Position numbers and translations under genes: made by a program
The notes under the pieces: model-generated
The model's input: only the letters and a program-made list of their open reading frames with translations
What the model was told of the DNA's origin: nothing
The model's database searches: none
Assembly (NCBI GenBank): GCA_965287045.1
Contig: OZ336903.1
Location: 7,254,001 to 7,318,000, forward strand
Direction of reading: 5' to 3'
Length of the DNA stretch: 64,000 bases
DNA from: Carcharhinus amblyrhynchos
Lineage: Eukaryota
Part shown: one piece after another, positions 38,952 through 53,387 of the stretch
How the letters are laid out: each line of letters opens with the position of its first letter
How positions within the stretch are numbered: position 1 is the stretch's first letter

Positions 38952-40984
38952 AACTCAAAAACAAGGAAGTGAAAATGCTCCCATATACCCGTTTTTGCTG
39001 GCCTGAAGATAGCTACCAGGAACTGTGGGTGATTCTGACTCCAATTTGCCATACTAACAGATGGCAACATAGACAGAACGCACAAGTGTTTTTCACCTGA
39101 TTATGTAGGAAATTGTGTGACTGCTGCTCGCTCCTTTGGGAACAGCAGGTTAGTTAGTAACACAGTGTTGTGGGTGGAATCAGGAAAATGTATTTCGGTG
39201 CTATTGAGCTAAGACCCATTTGTGAAAAATGGTCAATTCATCAGGTACAAGCAGTGTCCATTATCTGACATGTCAAGTGTGTAAATCACAGTGATTGCAA
39301 GTCTTTGGCAACACCACCATCCTCACTTCACTGGATAACGTGTTTACCTCACCTCAAATAAATATGCCATGAAGTGAACATGGCATTTGAATAAAAACTG
39401 ACAGTGGACAAAAATCAGGAAAAAATCTGGCATTTATTTTGTACCTTTCATGAGACAATATTTTTAAGTTTCAAGAACTATCTTCATCACAGTCTCCACT
39501 ATGTCATGTTGGCAAATGCAGCATCCAATTTGCACACCGCAAGATCCAAAACTATTAACGGTATCCTGTAGTGTATTTTTCATTTTGTGGCTGATGGATA
39601 AACATTTATCAGGTCAACAGGAGAGCTCCTTTGCTCTTTTAGTAGTTTGATGAAATCTTGTTCATTCTGTTGAGCAGGCAGATGGGGCACCAGTTTAATG
39701 TCTCCTCCAAAAATCATAAAACAAGCCATTCGGGCCCTTTGAACATCAATTCAATGGACTGGATTTTAAGGTGGTGAGCAGTGAACCAAGGATGCTCACC
39801 AGTGACCTTTTTCAGAAAGCCCTGACATGCAGGTGGATGTCATCGAGCTAAGCAACCAATTTTCAGACAACCCATTAGGACAAGGTCTGAATGGAATCCC
39901 ATGTTTCACTTCTAGCAAAAGTAAGGGAGTTGCAGGGCCACAGCACAATCTCTGGAGGAGCAACTAAGAGCAATTTCAGGATCTTCACATTAATCTTCAC
40001 TTGCTCTAAATCTTGAAGCTACTGAAGAAGGGCAACACTGATACCTGTTGACAGCTCACCATCAAAACCTTGTGTAAAATCCAGACCTTTGTGTAAAAGC
40101 TTGGCGGGCATTTCAACTGCATGATGTGCTGCCATCTAAATGAAAAATACAACTGCTCACCTGATTCAAAGCACCTGAGGGATTATGGAAGAAGCAAAAC
40201 TGTCTGCTCATCTGATAATCACTTACATGTAATAATTCAGCACAGAAGAGGATTAAATTCTCCTCCTTTGGCTCAGAAAACAGGACTGTTTGCTGTTCCA
40301 GGCCACCCAGTAATGTACGCTCATCCCAAATGACTGACAAAGTAGCATTCAGTATCGTGGAGAGCACAGGTTAACTAATACAACTCCCACTCCCAGGCAG
40401 GCCCTGCTGTAACATTGACAGGACAGGTCACAGAGTTTAAAGAGCGACTGCTGTGATCAGAGCTCAATGCTTTCACAGTTCCACCCCACTAAAACAGCAC
40501 TGACGTGGAAATATTACATGTATCTGTGCTAAAGAGAATGATTAACCCTTGCCATGACCCATGAGCCAATAGCTGGAACATGCCTTTGCCAGCAGCTCCA
40601 AACCAAGAAACAGTCCACACATCAAAAGGCAGAGAGTTTCCTCAAATTAATTGAAGTACACCACCATGAATGTATATCTGCTTTGACAACAAAATATGCT
40701 GTAGGTGAGCATGGACCACACACACACCTGAATTCTCTGCTGTACTATCCAAAATAATTGATTCCAGTTCACACACAAGATCTCCTTGTTTTTCTCAAAT
40801 CAGCCATGCTGAGTTACTCACGTTAAAGAGTTCTGGTGAATTTGTACTACAAAAGTTGTGTGCCACAGATGGTCTGAGGGGAAAACATGTTACACGTGGA
40901 ATGAGAAATGTTATTACTGAACACAGCAAATTACAGGGTTTTGGTAGACAAGTTACATAGGCTTCCAAAAACCAACAATTTTTA

Positions 40985-42400
40985 TTTGTGGGAAATGAGA
41001 GCTATTGACAACGCCAGCACTTAGCTTAGGCAGGGAGCTCCATTGACAATGAAAGAATGATGATTTATTTCCAAGTCAGAGTAGTGCATGACTCAAGAGG
41101 GGAACTTGGAAGTGATGGTGTTCCAACATACCTGCTTGCCCTTGGCCTATTTAATGAAAGAGATCACAGGCTTTGGAAGTGTTGCAAAAAGTTGCTGCTG
41201 CAGTGCATCATGTAGATGGTGCACATGGCAGCCACAGTGTGCCAATGGTATAATGAGTGAATGTTTAAGATGGTAGAGATTGGAGTGCTAATCAAATGGA
41301 TGGTTTTGAACCTGCTCCTGTAGCCATGAGTCTTTGGGCCGCCTCTCCAGTTTCGTTTCAGGTCAATGATGACTCCAGGAAGCTGATGGTGCAGAATTTA
41401 GTAGTGGGTAATGCCACTCAATGTGACAGGGAAGAGCTCAGACTCTCTTGCTGGAGGTGATGTTATCTGGTACTTGAGTGGGATAAATGTTATTCGCCAC
41501 TTATCAGCCCAAGCCGAAATCTTGTCCAGGTCTGCATGCAAGCAATAGACTGTTTCATCATCTGTGGATTTGCAGAACTGAACACTGCAATCATTGGTAA
41601 ACATTCCTACTTCTGGACATATAATGGTGGGAAGGTCATCAATGAAACATCTGAAGACACAAAGAATAGTGCATGGAGGAACTTTGACAGAACTTGGAAC
41701 TGAGATAATTGATCTCCAAAAACCACACCACCTTCTTTGTGCTCAGTATGACTCCAACCAGCGAAAAGCCTTGCCCCTGATTTTCACTGACTTCAATTTA
41801 ACTAAAGCTTCAGGATGCACCACAGTCAAATACTGCCTTGACATCAAGGGCAGAAACTCTCCCCTCACTTCTGGCGTTCAGCTGCTCTGTCCATGTTTGG
41901 ACCAGGGCTGAGTTCTGGAGCAGAGTGATCCAAGTGAAACCCAAACTGAACGCCGATAAGCAAACGAAGCTTGAAAGCATTGTCAACCATTACTGATGCT
42001 GATTGAGACTAGACTGGTGGGGCACTATCTTGGTTTGCTCTTCGTCAACGCAAAATGTCTTGGCAATTATCCACTTTGTCATGTGGATCCCAGTGTTGCA
42101 TCTGGACTGAAATGGTACAGGTAGTTCTCAAGAACGAGTCTCGACACATAGCTGGAGTGTCATCAGAGTTGATCACTTTATCAGATTATCCAGCTATCAC
42201 ATTAAGTGAATCAAATGGGCTGAACACTGGATGCTACGATTGTGATAACCTGAAGAAAAGCCTGGCAATTTTGGCTGAAAATAATCTTATCTTTGGTGCA
42301 GGGCTCTGTCATCATTGAGCACTGGATGTTTATGAAGGCTCCTCCTGCCATTAGCTGCTTAACTGTCCATAAGCATTCTTGGCCAGATGTGGCAACGCAA
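40985..42400 (-). mobile_element. Decayed copy of the second CR1-clade family
   Basis: ttccaagtcaga, gaacttggaagtgatggtgttcc, ccacttatcagcccaagcc and tactgccttgacatcaagggc. Confidence 0.7.
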
Positions 42401-45400
42401 TAGCAGAAGAATCTGTTCCTGTCTCATAAAGGGGTCAAGAACGAGAAGACACAGATTTAAAGTGATTTGCAAAAGAAGTGACTTGTTTGAGTCTGGAATG
42501 CACAGCCTGGAAGTGCAGTGGAGGCATTCAAGGGAATTAATGATTATTTGAATGGAAACAGTGCATAAGGGTATGGGGAAATGGCAAAGTCATAATGCTC
42601 ATTTGGAGAGCTAGTGCAGATACGATAAGCCGAATGCTCCCCTTCTGCATCGTAACAATTCTATGGTACTGTGATAACCTGAACCAAAGGACTGGGAAGG
42701 GAGAATCCCAGGATTTGGAAACTAAAGAGTTCACTTGAGGTGAGGAAATATGGATATAGTGCAGTGAGAGCTTGACTGAGGTAAGAATGAAGGTCGGGTA
42801 AGCAACTGCAAGGGATAGTGTGAGCATGCGAGTGCAAGCGCGAGCGCAGGAAACAGTTCGTGACAATGAGGATGAATTTCATGTCAGAGGTCAAGCTTCG
42901 TGAGAAGAATAAACTGATCACTATCAGCCATGACATAGGTGAATGTAGTCACAAATTTAGTATAAGCAAGGATGGTGTATGATATAGGAGTGTTGGTAAG
43001 GGCTTTGTGGGTCACTGTAACTGTGCAGTTCGGTATTTGTATTATGGAGAGCTATAGGGAAAGAAAGGACTGGCCTAGGCTGAGGGAACCAGCAGCGAGT
43101 TTTGAGAACATTTTATTCCCCTGGATTTGATAACATGATTTTGTTGCCTTGGGTAGGGCAGCATATAAAGAATCTTGTCTGGGTCTAATGTGCCTCTGGG
43201 AATTTCCAGAGCAAAACAAGCTTGCTTGGCGTCAGCCAGTCACACCCATGACCTCTATGTGAACTCCAAGAGCAGAAGGGCGTATCTATTCATCTGCATT
43301 TGTTTCCTGAAAGTTTTGCTCAGTCGATTAAACAATACACAAGAGCAGCAATCCGTTGTGTGGAAATTGCTTGATGGCCTCTCAGGAGTCTAAATGCTTG
43401 GTGCTTTTTGACTCTCCCCTGAATGGCACAGCTAAACCTGGAGCTGACAACATATGCCATATATGTGATACAAGAATTTCAATTGTGATTTGACGAGAAG
43501 AATGGAGCATTGCCTACCAGCATAAAGCACAAACTCGATGAAAGCAGCATTGATCACTCAGGTCAATATGGTCAGCCCGTCCATGCTTTAATCAGACTTG
43601 CTGCCTGAATACCATTGATGTGGCTGCTTCAAATCCATCATCCTCTGCTTATCAAGACAGTCTCCTAGTAACTAGAGGTAGAAGCTCTTTCAACCAGTTA
43701 CTCATCTGAAATCATCAGAATCAGGCAAATCCACATATGACTATTGGCTGAAAACAGTTGGCATGAAGTAAAGCCCCCAGCCATCAAACTCATTTTTTTC
43801 CAAATTTAACACACTGGAAACCTGCTTGTCAGTTTAGACTCAAAGTCACAAATAATCATCCTGGTAGTGAGCAGTTCTCTCTGTGTGTTTGTACACCGTG
43901 TGTTTATTCCCAATCTTGCAAACAACACCGCAGCCTAAGCATTGCTCCTGCTTCTATCATTGTGGATACAGACCGATTACTGTCAGCTTCACTGCACAGA
44001 CAAAATGGCATTCACAGTTTCTCCTCTCCACCTTTTGCTTCACTCTCACTACTTTGAATCATTCTTCTTCCGATTTCTCCGATTATCTGTGTTCACATCT
44101 ATTTACATGCAGGTTTAAGTACCGCTAACAAGGTTTGTCTTGATTTCTGAAGCTTTATAGGGAGAAGGAAAATCATTAGTGACAGTTGCTTGTTGTGAGA
44201 TTGCATGCTTGGATGTGTGGTCACCGCAATCTTGTGTATGGAGATCCAACCAGGTACAAAAGTTGGTCAACCAGGTCAATCCTGGATCCTACCTCCCAAC
44301 TTGTGGGGATTGACGCAGAATAGTTTAATCACTTAATGATTCTGTTACAATTGAGAAAAATACAAAGGATAGATTACTCCAACCACAAAGCCAGAGCAAG
44401 GGTGTTTATTGTCACGCGTAAATTTCACACTGCTACCATCATCTCTCAATTAGCATTCATGCCAATAACAAACAAATTAACACCATTAATTAACAGGTTC
44501 ATGCTGATGGTTCAGTTCATATCACTCTGGCTACTCAAATCAGTAGGCAACGCGACAGCAGGACTTGAGATAATGAAGCTGATATCCCAGTGCAGGACTG
44601 AAGGCAGACTGCACTTCAATTAGTCTGAGGCTTTCCACCTGCAAGTTCTCACACTACAAAGAGTATGGCTCCTCAGTTGCTGAGCCAACATTCATCCCTC
44701 AATCACACATAATAAACAGATTAACTGGTTAATTATTTCGCTGTATCTTTATGGGACTGAGCGGGTGTAATTTCATTGAGTTTGTTGACAGCAAGAAAAT
44801 GACAACATTAAAAGTCATTCACCAGCCGTGAAGCAATTTAGAATAGCTGAAGATATATGAGACACTAAATAAATGCTAGACCTTGGTGTTCTGTATTATC
44901 GGTCAAATTGCAAAGCAGAGGGTGCCAAGTTGAATAATGCTAAACTATAACAGATTTTCCCCAGCAACAGTTCAGATGACCAAACCTTATCCATGCTTTA
45001 AGTTACCGAGGCATCGGGAGATGGCTCCCTGCAACAACTAGCTGCACGGACCGTAGCACCTTTAACACAGCAGAACGTTTCCACCTGCAACCTGTGGGGC
45101 AGCACTGGCAGAGGTTTGGGAGCAGGTTGCTGAGCCACTCAGCTGATAAAAGTTTGTAGGAAATCAATCAAAATTTGACAAATTGGAAATCTAGCAGTTA
45201 ATTCACAAAATCATGTTGAGAGTTGAATACATATGTTTCGACAACAACCTCTGCCAAACAGCTAAATATTATAATACTGTGATCATCTTATGCTGCCATT
45301 CCTTTTGGATTGTCCCAGAAATGTGGTTTTGAATAGCAATAGGCTGCTGCTCAACCCAGTTTAAATGCTGCCTTTAACATTTCAAGTGAACCTGGAATCC

Positions 45401-47074
45401 AAGCATACAGAACATCTTTTATTCTTGAATAAGCATTCCAAAGCAAAACACACAACACAATCGTAATTACTCTTGTTTGAAGTAAAACTGCTTGCATGTT
45501 ACTGGCCTTGTTTTCAGCCAACATTTTAAAGTAAATGCCCCATTTTTTTCTCGACAACAACAATGATCTGAAAGAAATACAAAACAAATAATGTTGATCG
45601 CAGCTGAAGTAATTGCTATGCCAATTTTTACAAAACAAAATGTCCCCGAGGTGCTTTACAGGAACAAGCTAACAAGCCTAATTTGTGGCATTTTAGCAGA
45701 TGTTTTTGAAAGTTCATTATATGGACCAGATTCTGGAAAGTGAAAGGTATGTGCTGGGACAGAGAGCTGGGGAATATTTCAGATGGAGGGTGCAGCAAAA
45801 CCACAGAGGGATGTGAACATAAGAAAGTAGATATTCAAACAAGTGCGCAGAGTAAGAAATAAGTAAGGGCAGGAATGATACAGAATGTCTCGTGGGATGC
45901 AGGCCAGAGAATTCTAGAAACCTGAGAACTTCATCAGGGTGAGCTGAAAAGCTAAGAAAGCGAGCTTTAAAAACACAACTGATCACAAAATGATAAAGGC
46001 ACGGATGAAGTTTTCAAAGGGGGTAGAGGCAGAGGTGGGAGATATTGCAGAGGTGTATTGTAAGTGGTTGTGGCGATAGAGAGACCTGTTTAAAGTTCAG
46101 CCTGTGTTAAGATACTAATGCATTTATAAACTGAATGTCAGGACAAAATTAGGTTCAGAAAAGGCATCGCTACAGCACTACTAACAGAAGTGCCATTGTA
46201 TGGGTAACCATGATTGTCAGGGCTGTGACCAAGATCACATTGCTTTTAAATCTCTGTGAACTTTTGAGCTCAAATGAAATATCACACACCATCAAATTTA
46301 AACTGCCAATTCCAACATTTCCAATCCTACAAGTATAATGCCACACATCACCTACAACCGAACCCACACGATTCATTACTACACTGCAGCATTCTGACGT
46401 CACTTCAAAGCCTCTGATTCAGTACATGACAAGGTTCTGATCTCAATCAGGTTGTCACATCAGTTTTCAACAACTGACATTATTCAAAACCCTTTTATCA
46501 TTGCCAATTAGTGTCTTCAAGCCTTTTTTCCTCTCCAAGATTTGCCCGTCACTATCTCGTATTTGTCTCCAAAGTAAAAAATTCTATATTCCAGACTTCT
46601 TTTTGCACCAAAATTACTCTACTCAAATTCAACGAAATGAGCTGTGATGAGAATCATGGCACATTCTATTTTCCCATCATTCTCAACCTGCAAAGATCAA
46701 TCCTGCCAACACCGCCTCCCCCCCTCTCCTCCTATGAACAGACACATTCCTGACTTGCGACTATAAGCACCATTCCTTCACTGTCAAAATCTCTCCCTAA
46801 CAGCACTGTAGGTGTACCTATACCATAGAGACTGCAGCAGTTCAAGGCAGCGGCTCACCACCAGCTTCTCAAGGACTACTTAGGATGGACAATAACGTTG
46901 GCCTAGCCAACAACATTCATTTCCCACACTAAAAAAATCATGTTGTGCGCATTCGCAACATCCCTACGAACGAGGGACTGGTTTCCACTTATATACCATA
47001 GATACTCCTCAATTCTTTCATTGATTCAAGGCCTGGTTTGACAATCTTATTCCTTCCAGTTTACTAATGATAAA

Positions 47075-50000
47075 CAAAGCAAAGGGCCTTGACAATGTTC
47101 CAGCAATCATCCTGAAGACTTGGTGCACTCTTTGCCAAGCTGTTCCAGTGTAGCTACAACACTGGTTTCTACCCAGCAATGTGGGAAATTGCCTTGCAAT
47201 GTTCTGTACACAAGAAACATCGTACTCCCCTCTGTTTGAACAGAGGGGAGTACGATAAGATGAGACAGGAATTGGCAAATGTAGATTGGGGGCGCAGATT
47301 GGTCGGTAGGACTGCTGAGGAACAGTGGAGGATCTTTAAGGAGATCTTTTTCGGTGCTCAGCAGAAATATATTCCAATGGGAAAGAAGGAATGTAGGAGA
47401 AGAGATAATCAGCCGTGGTTATCAAGGGAAGTAAAAGAGAGTATTAAATTAAAAGCTGATGCGTTTAGAGTGGCTAAAAGTAGTGGGCGAGTCGAAGATT
47501 GGGAGAGGTTTAAAAATCAACAAAGAATGACTAAGAAGTTGATAAAGAAAGGAAGGATAGACTATGAAGCGAAACTGCACTAAATATAAAAAAGGACAGT
47601 AAGACTTTTACAAATATATAAAGAGGAGGAGGCTGGCTGGAGTGAATGTTGGACCCTTAGAGGATGACAGGGGGGATTTAGTGGTGGGAGATGAGGAAGT
47701 GGCTGAGGCCTTAAATAAGTTTTTTGCCTCGGTCTTCACGAAGGAGGATGCGAATCGTCTGCCGGATATTAAAGATAGAAGGATGGGAGGAGTTGAGGGC
47801 CTGAATGCGATTACTGTCACTAGAGAGGTAGTGCTTGCTCGACTAGCGGGACTGATGGTGGACAAGTCCCCAGGACCGGATGGAATGCATCCCAGGGTTC
47901 TGAAGGAGATGGCAGAGGTGATAGTAGACGCCTTAGTGATTATTTACCAAACTTTGCTGGATTCCGGGGAAGTGCCGAAAGACTGGAAAACGGCTAATGT
48001 TACGCCGCTGTTTAAGAAAGGTAGCAGGCAAAAGGCAGGGAATTATAGGCCGGTTAGTTTAACGTCTGTAGTTGGAAAAATGCTGGAATCCGTCATCAAA
48101 GAAGAAATAGCGAGGCACTTAGAAAAGAATGGTTTGATACAGCAGACGCAGCACGGACTTGTTAAGGGGAAGTCACGCTTGACAAATTTATTGGAATTCT
48201 ATGAGGATGTGACGAGTGCAGTAGACAGAGGGGAACCGGTGGACGTGGTGTTTCTCGATTTTCAGTAGGCGTTTGATAAGGTGCCGTACAAAAGGTTGCT
48301 TCAGAAGGTTAGGGGGCATGGAGTTGGGGGTAAGGTGTTAGCGTGGATAGAGGATTGGCTGTCTAATAGGAAGCAGAGAGTTGGTATCAATGGGTGCTGT
48401 TCTGATTGGCGGTTGGTGACTCGTGGACTGCCACAGGGATCGGTGCTGCGGCCTCAGCTATTTACCATTTATATAGATGATCTGGAGGAGGGGGCTGAGT
48501 GTAGTGTGTCGAAATTTGCTGATGACACAATGATGAGTGGAAAAGCAAATTGTGCGGAGGGTGTGGAAAGTCTGCAGAGGGATCTAGATAGGCTGAGCAA
48601 GTGGGCGAGGACCTGGCAGATGGAGTATAATGTTAGCAAGTGTGAGGTTATCCACTTTGACAGGAATAATAGTAGGAGGGATTACTATTTAAAGGGCGAA
48701 AAGCTGCAGCATGCCACAGTGCAGAGGGACCTGGGGGTCCTTGTGCATGAGTCGCAAAAACCCAGTCTGCAGGTGATCAAGAAGGCAAATGGGATGCTGG
48801 CCTTTATAGCGAGGGGGATAGAATATAAAAGCAGGGAGGTCTTGCTGCAACTGTACAGGGCACTGGTGAGGCCGCAGCTGGAGTACTGTGTGCAGTTTTG
48901 GTCGCCGCACTTGTGCAAGAATATTTTGGCCTTGGAGGGAGTGCAGAGGAGGTTCACTAGGCTGAGACCGGAGATGAGGGGGGTTGGACTATGAAGAGAG
49001 ACTAAATAGACTGGGTCTGTACTCATTGGGAGTTTAGAAGGATGAGGGGGGATCTTGTAGAGACGTATAAGATAATGAAGGGATGGATAGGGTAGAGGTA
49101 GAGAGATTCTTCATGCTCAGAAAGGACAGTAGGATTAGAGGGCACAGCCTCAAGATAAGGGGGGGGCGCAGTTTAGAACGGAGTTGAGGAGGAACTTCTT
49201 CACTCAAAGGGTGATGAATCTCTGGAATTCTCTGCCCGTTGAAGTGGTGAAGGCTACCTCGCTAAATATATTTAAGTCACGGGTAGATAGGTATTTGACA
49301 GACAAGGGAATTAAGGGTTATAGGGAGAAAGCGGGAAAGTGGAACTGAGCCACTTCAGATCAGCCATGATCTTATTGAACGGCGGGGCAGGCTCAAAGGG
49401 CTAGATGGCCTACTCCTGCTCCTACTTCTTGTGTTCTTATTATGAAACAGGACAAGTTCAGCCCAACCCCATCAGTCTGCTCTCGATCATCTGTAAAGTG
49501 ATGGAAGGGGCATCAACAGTGCAATCAATGGCATTTACTCAGCAATAACCTGTTCACAGATGTATAGTTTGGACTCTGCCAGGGTCACTCAACTCCTGCC
49601 CTCATTACAGCCTTGTTTCAAACATGGACAAAAGAGGTGAATGCCAGAGATGAGAGTGACAGCCCTTGACAATAAGGCAGCATTTGACTAGAGTGTGGCA
49701 TCAAGCTGCTCTGGCAAAACTGGAATCAATGGGAATCAGGAAGTAAACGGTCCACTCGCTGGAGTCATACCTGGCATAAAGGAAGATGGCTTTGGCAGTG
49801 GAGGTTAATTATCTCAGCTCCAGGTCATCTCTACAGGAATTCTTCAGGGTTAGTGTCTGCGGCCCAACTATCTTCAGCTGATTCATCAATGATTTTTACC
49901 TCCATCATAAGATCAAGAGCTGCGGATGTTTGCAGATGACTGCACCATCAGCTTGGGTCCAAACGCAGCAAGACCTGGACAATATCTAGGCTTGCGCTGA

Positions 50001-50655
50001 CAAGTGGAAAGTAACATTAACGTCATACAAGTGCTAGGCAATGACCATCAAAAACAAGAGAGGACCTAACCATTAACAGCTGACACTCAATGGCATTAGC
50101 ATCACTGAATCCCCCACTGCCAACATCCTGGGCATTACCATTGATCAGAAACTGAACTGGACTAGCCATATAAAACTGGGCCTACCAGAGAAGGTCAAAA
50201 GCTAGGAAACCTGCACTGGTCACTCACCTCCTGAGGAGCGCCCAACCTCTTGAGGACCCCCCAACCCCTCACCACCACCACTAACAGTGGCAGCAGTGTC
50301 TACCAACTACAAGATGCACTGCAGCAACTCATCAAGGCTCCTTCGGCAGAACCTTTCAAACCCATGACCACTACCATCTAGAAGAACAAAAGCAGCAGGT
50401 GCCAGGGACACCACCATCACCTTAGGGTTCCCTTTGAAGTCACTCACCATCCTGACTTGGAAATATATCCCAGTTCTTTCACGGTCGCAGATCAAAATAC
50501 TGGAATCTCCCTAACAGCATGTGGGTATACCTATACCTCAAAGGGCTGCAGTGGTTCAAGAAGCCAGCTCACCACCACCTCTTAAAGGGCAACAAGAGAT
50601 GGACAATAAATACTGGCCTATCCAACAATGCCTTCATCCCGTAAAAGTGAATTTT
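47075..50655 (+). mobile_element. Second CR1-clade family element (host), split by the young CR1 at 47220-49443
   Basis: The left part ends tgtacacaagaaaca. The right part resumes gaaacaggacaag...cccatcagtctgctctcgatcatc and continues through atgtttgcagatgac (MFADD) to the family 3' end. Confidence 0.85.
47220..49443 (+). mobile_element. Young 5'-truncated CR1 LINE (about 2.2 kb, reverse transcriptase), inactivated
   Basis: ORFs 47179..47583, 47642..48268 and 48281..48994 give KSPGPDGMHPRVLKE, NYRPVSLTSVVGK, FLDFQ*AFDKVP, PQGSVL, KFADD and LEYCVQFWSP. It has a frameshift near 47580, an in-frame TAG at 48266, a further frameshift near 48990, and TSD gaaaca (47214-47219, 49444-49449). Confidence 0.97.
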
Positions 50656-52786
50656 AATACCAAACTGCAGTTATGACTATGACAGGGTTACCTGGGGAAA
50701 ATCTCAGACCACTTATGTCCCAGAGTCCAAGAAGCAGTATGGGTACCGATGAATGGCCCACATGGGTTGTCAGAACATTAACATAGCTTCTCATAAATTA
50801 CAATCAAGACCAGAGGATAAAGGTTTCACCATACACACCAAAAGCCTCAGATTGATTCCCAAGTTAGCTGTGAATTGAGGAATCAGCAAGGTTATTAGTC
50901 CTGATCACAACTTCTGCTAGGTGGAAGCTGAATCAAATGTGATGTCCTCCCTTGTTAAATAGCCAGCTGGCACTCAATTTCTATACCCTTGGGCAGTCAC
51001 CAGAAGTTGGCAATTGTATTGAATCCCAGGGATCCCTTCAAGAGAGGATGGGCAGTAAACTGTTAAACAAAATGGTAATTATAAATCACAAGAAGCCGAG
51101 TTGAAGTTCGCCACAGTTGTACAGCTGGAAATGATCAGAAAAGCAACATCCCTGAGTGTCAGCCATTACCAACCTTGATCCAATGACTTGGGATTTTTTT
51201 TCCTCGTACAACGGAATGGCTCGCCTGTTGATTTCCCTTTCCTCTCAACAGGGAGATATTAGCCTCTGCTCCCGACATGTCAAATTAGCAAAAATCCCCA
51301 TGATCGACCACCCAAACTACCATCTTACCAGTGATGTAACAACGCACAGGAACAAAACATGCACTGATCTCTATCCTTGCAGATTTAAGATGGCGATAAT
51401 TCATCACCTTGAGAAATGAAGTACTTCCTCCATCAGACAGCATTCAAAGTTCTTTTTCCTCCATTGTACCTCTGAGAGAAACTCCAGTTTCTCAAAATTC
51501 CTCACAGCCCCCAGAAAAACTATCGGGAGTCTTGAACATTATGTCATTAGTAGTATAACTTTCCATGACATAGAATGTTTATACGTGGAACGTGCTTGGC
51601 CCCTTTGGTGCAAACCACAGTTCAAGTCTGTTCAGCAGCATAAAGGTTAATAGAAGGACATGTTCCTGATCACCAGGAATAATTAGCCACATCTTTCAGC
51701 ATTACACATCAATTATGGCTCATCAATACAAAAACACATGGGCGTATGAGAGGGAGGAAAAAACTTGTAAACCACAGTAACTCTCCCAACGAGCTGACCT
51801 TTTGTTATATTTCATTGGGCTCAATATTAACATAGTAAACGCCAAACTTTTTTACCTTGGAATTATTTTGAACAACAAATCTATGATGTTCCTAATTCCC
51901 AGTGTACCAGTCAGGTGCAATATTTGTAATGAGTTTTTCAAAGTTTAGCATTGATAATATATCAAGCCAGCTTGATTCAGAATTTTTTTTTCATAAACAG
52001 GGTACCAAAGATCATTGCAGTTTTAAGATCTACCTGATAAAAAGTCACAATCTGCAGATTACTGTGGTGTGTTGTGTTGAGGAGAATGGAACTTTATGTA
52101 ACATGTTCCTGCCTGAGGGCCATTTTGCATCCTTGACAAGACATGCTGTTAATCGATGTTTCACATAATTGAGAGGGCCAAATAGAATTTGTTGATGCAA
52201 CTGACTGCAGACAGGAACTTCATCCTGGTGCCCCAAATCCAGTAGCTAACACACAGGATGAAGCCCACTTCTCCCGTTTGCGCTTCTGCCAGTGTTTTCT
52301 GGTCAGATTACCATTCCACTATTCAATGGATGAGAATGCTTGAGAATAGACGATTATCTCCTGCGCTATAATAAAAAGCAAATTATTTGCATACTGCAAT
52401 ATTATCTAAACAGGATAATTATGTAGGAAACCCATCAGCATATTGGGACAGGCACCACCTTTCACTTTTCTTACTCCCTGGTACACCTCTCACACTCCCT
52501 TAAGTCTAAAGGGTGCAGATTTGAAGACCTTGATGGAGAACTAAATCTGGCAATCCACTATCAGGTCTGGTTGGATCATTTGAGTAATTAATGGGTCCTG
52601 TTCTCCATTGCTAAAACTACCCATTATTCCAAGATCACATCCCTAGCTTCTTCACTTCACCACAAACTACAACTCTGACATTTCCACAGCCAATAAGTGT
52701 GAGGGGCATTTTTCTTGCAAAAATTGAGGCCATCTGCTCAGTTGTTTCTGCTGCTTCCCTCTCCCTTGCTCACCAGGCCTAAATTC

Positions 52787-53387
52787 ACACAATCTCTACA
52801 GTGCAGAAACAGGCCATTCAACCCATTGAGTTTGCACTGACCACAATCCCACCCAGGCCCTATTCCCACAATGCGTCATGTGGGGCAGCACGGTGGCACA
52901 GTGGTTCGCACTGCTGCCTCACAGCACCAGGGACCCAGGTTCAATTCCCAGCTTGGGTCATTGTCTGTGTGGAGTTTGCACATTTCTCCCCGCATCTGCG
53001 TGGGTTTCCTCCGGGTGCTCCAATTTCTCCCACAGCCCAAATAAATGTGCTGGTTAGGTGCATTGGCCGTGCTAAATTCTCCCTTAGTGTACCTGAACAG
53101 GCGCCAGAGTGTGGCAACTCGGGGTTTTTCATTGCAATGCCATTGCAGTGTGAACGTACTTGTGACTAATAAATAAACTTCATTTACCCTGCTAATCCCC
53201 TTGACAGTCGGGTCAATTTAGCATGGCCAATCCACCTAACCCGCACATCTATGGACTGTGGAAGGAAATGGGAGCACCCAGAGGAAACCCACGCAGACAC
53301 AGGGTGAACGTGCAGACAGTCACCCAAGCTGGAAATTGAATCTGGGTCCCTGGTGCTGTGAGGCAGCAGTGCTTATCACTGTGCCAC
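52787..53387 (-). mobile_element. HE1-like SINE (outer), interrupted by another SINE
   Basis: Tail at 52787-52875, body and head at about 53181-53387. Candidate TSD aaattc at 52781-52786 and 53388-53393. Confidence 0.88.
52880..53180 (+). mobile_element. HE1-headed SINE with alternative tail ending aataaataaact (inner)
   Basis: gggcagcacggtggcacagtggt...gggacccaggttcaattcc...gaacaggcgccagagtgtggcaact...cattgcagtg...taataaataaact. Confidence 0.9.

Noticed and set aside
47179-48994. Active reverse transcriptase gene
   Set aside because: 5'-truncated, with no endonuclease domain, an in-frame stop and frameshifts.
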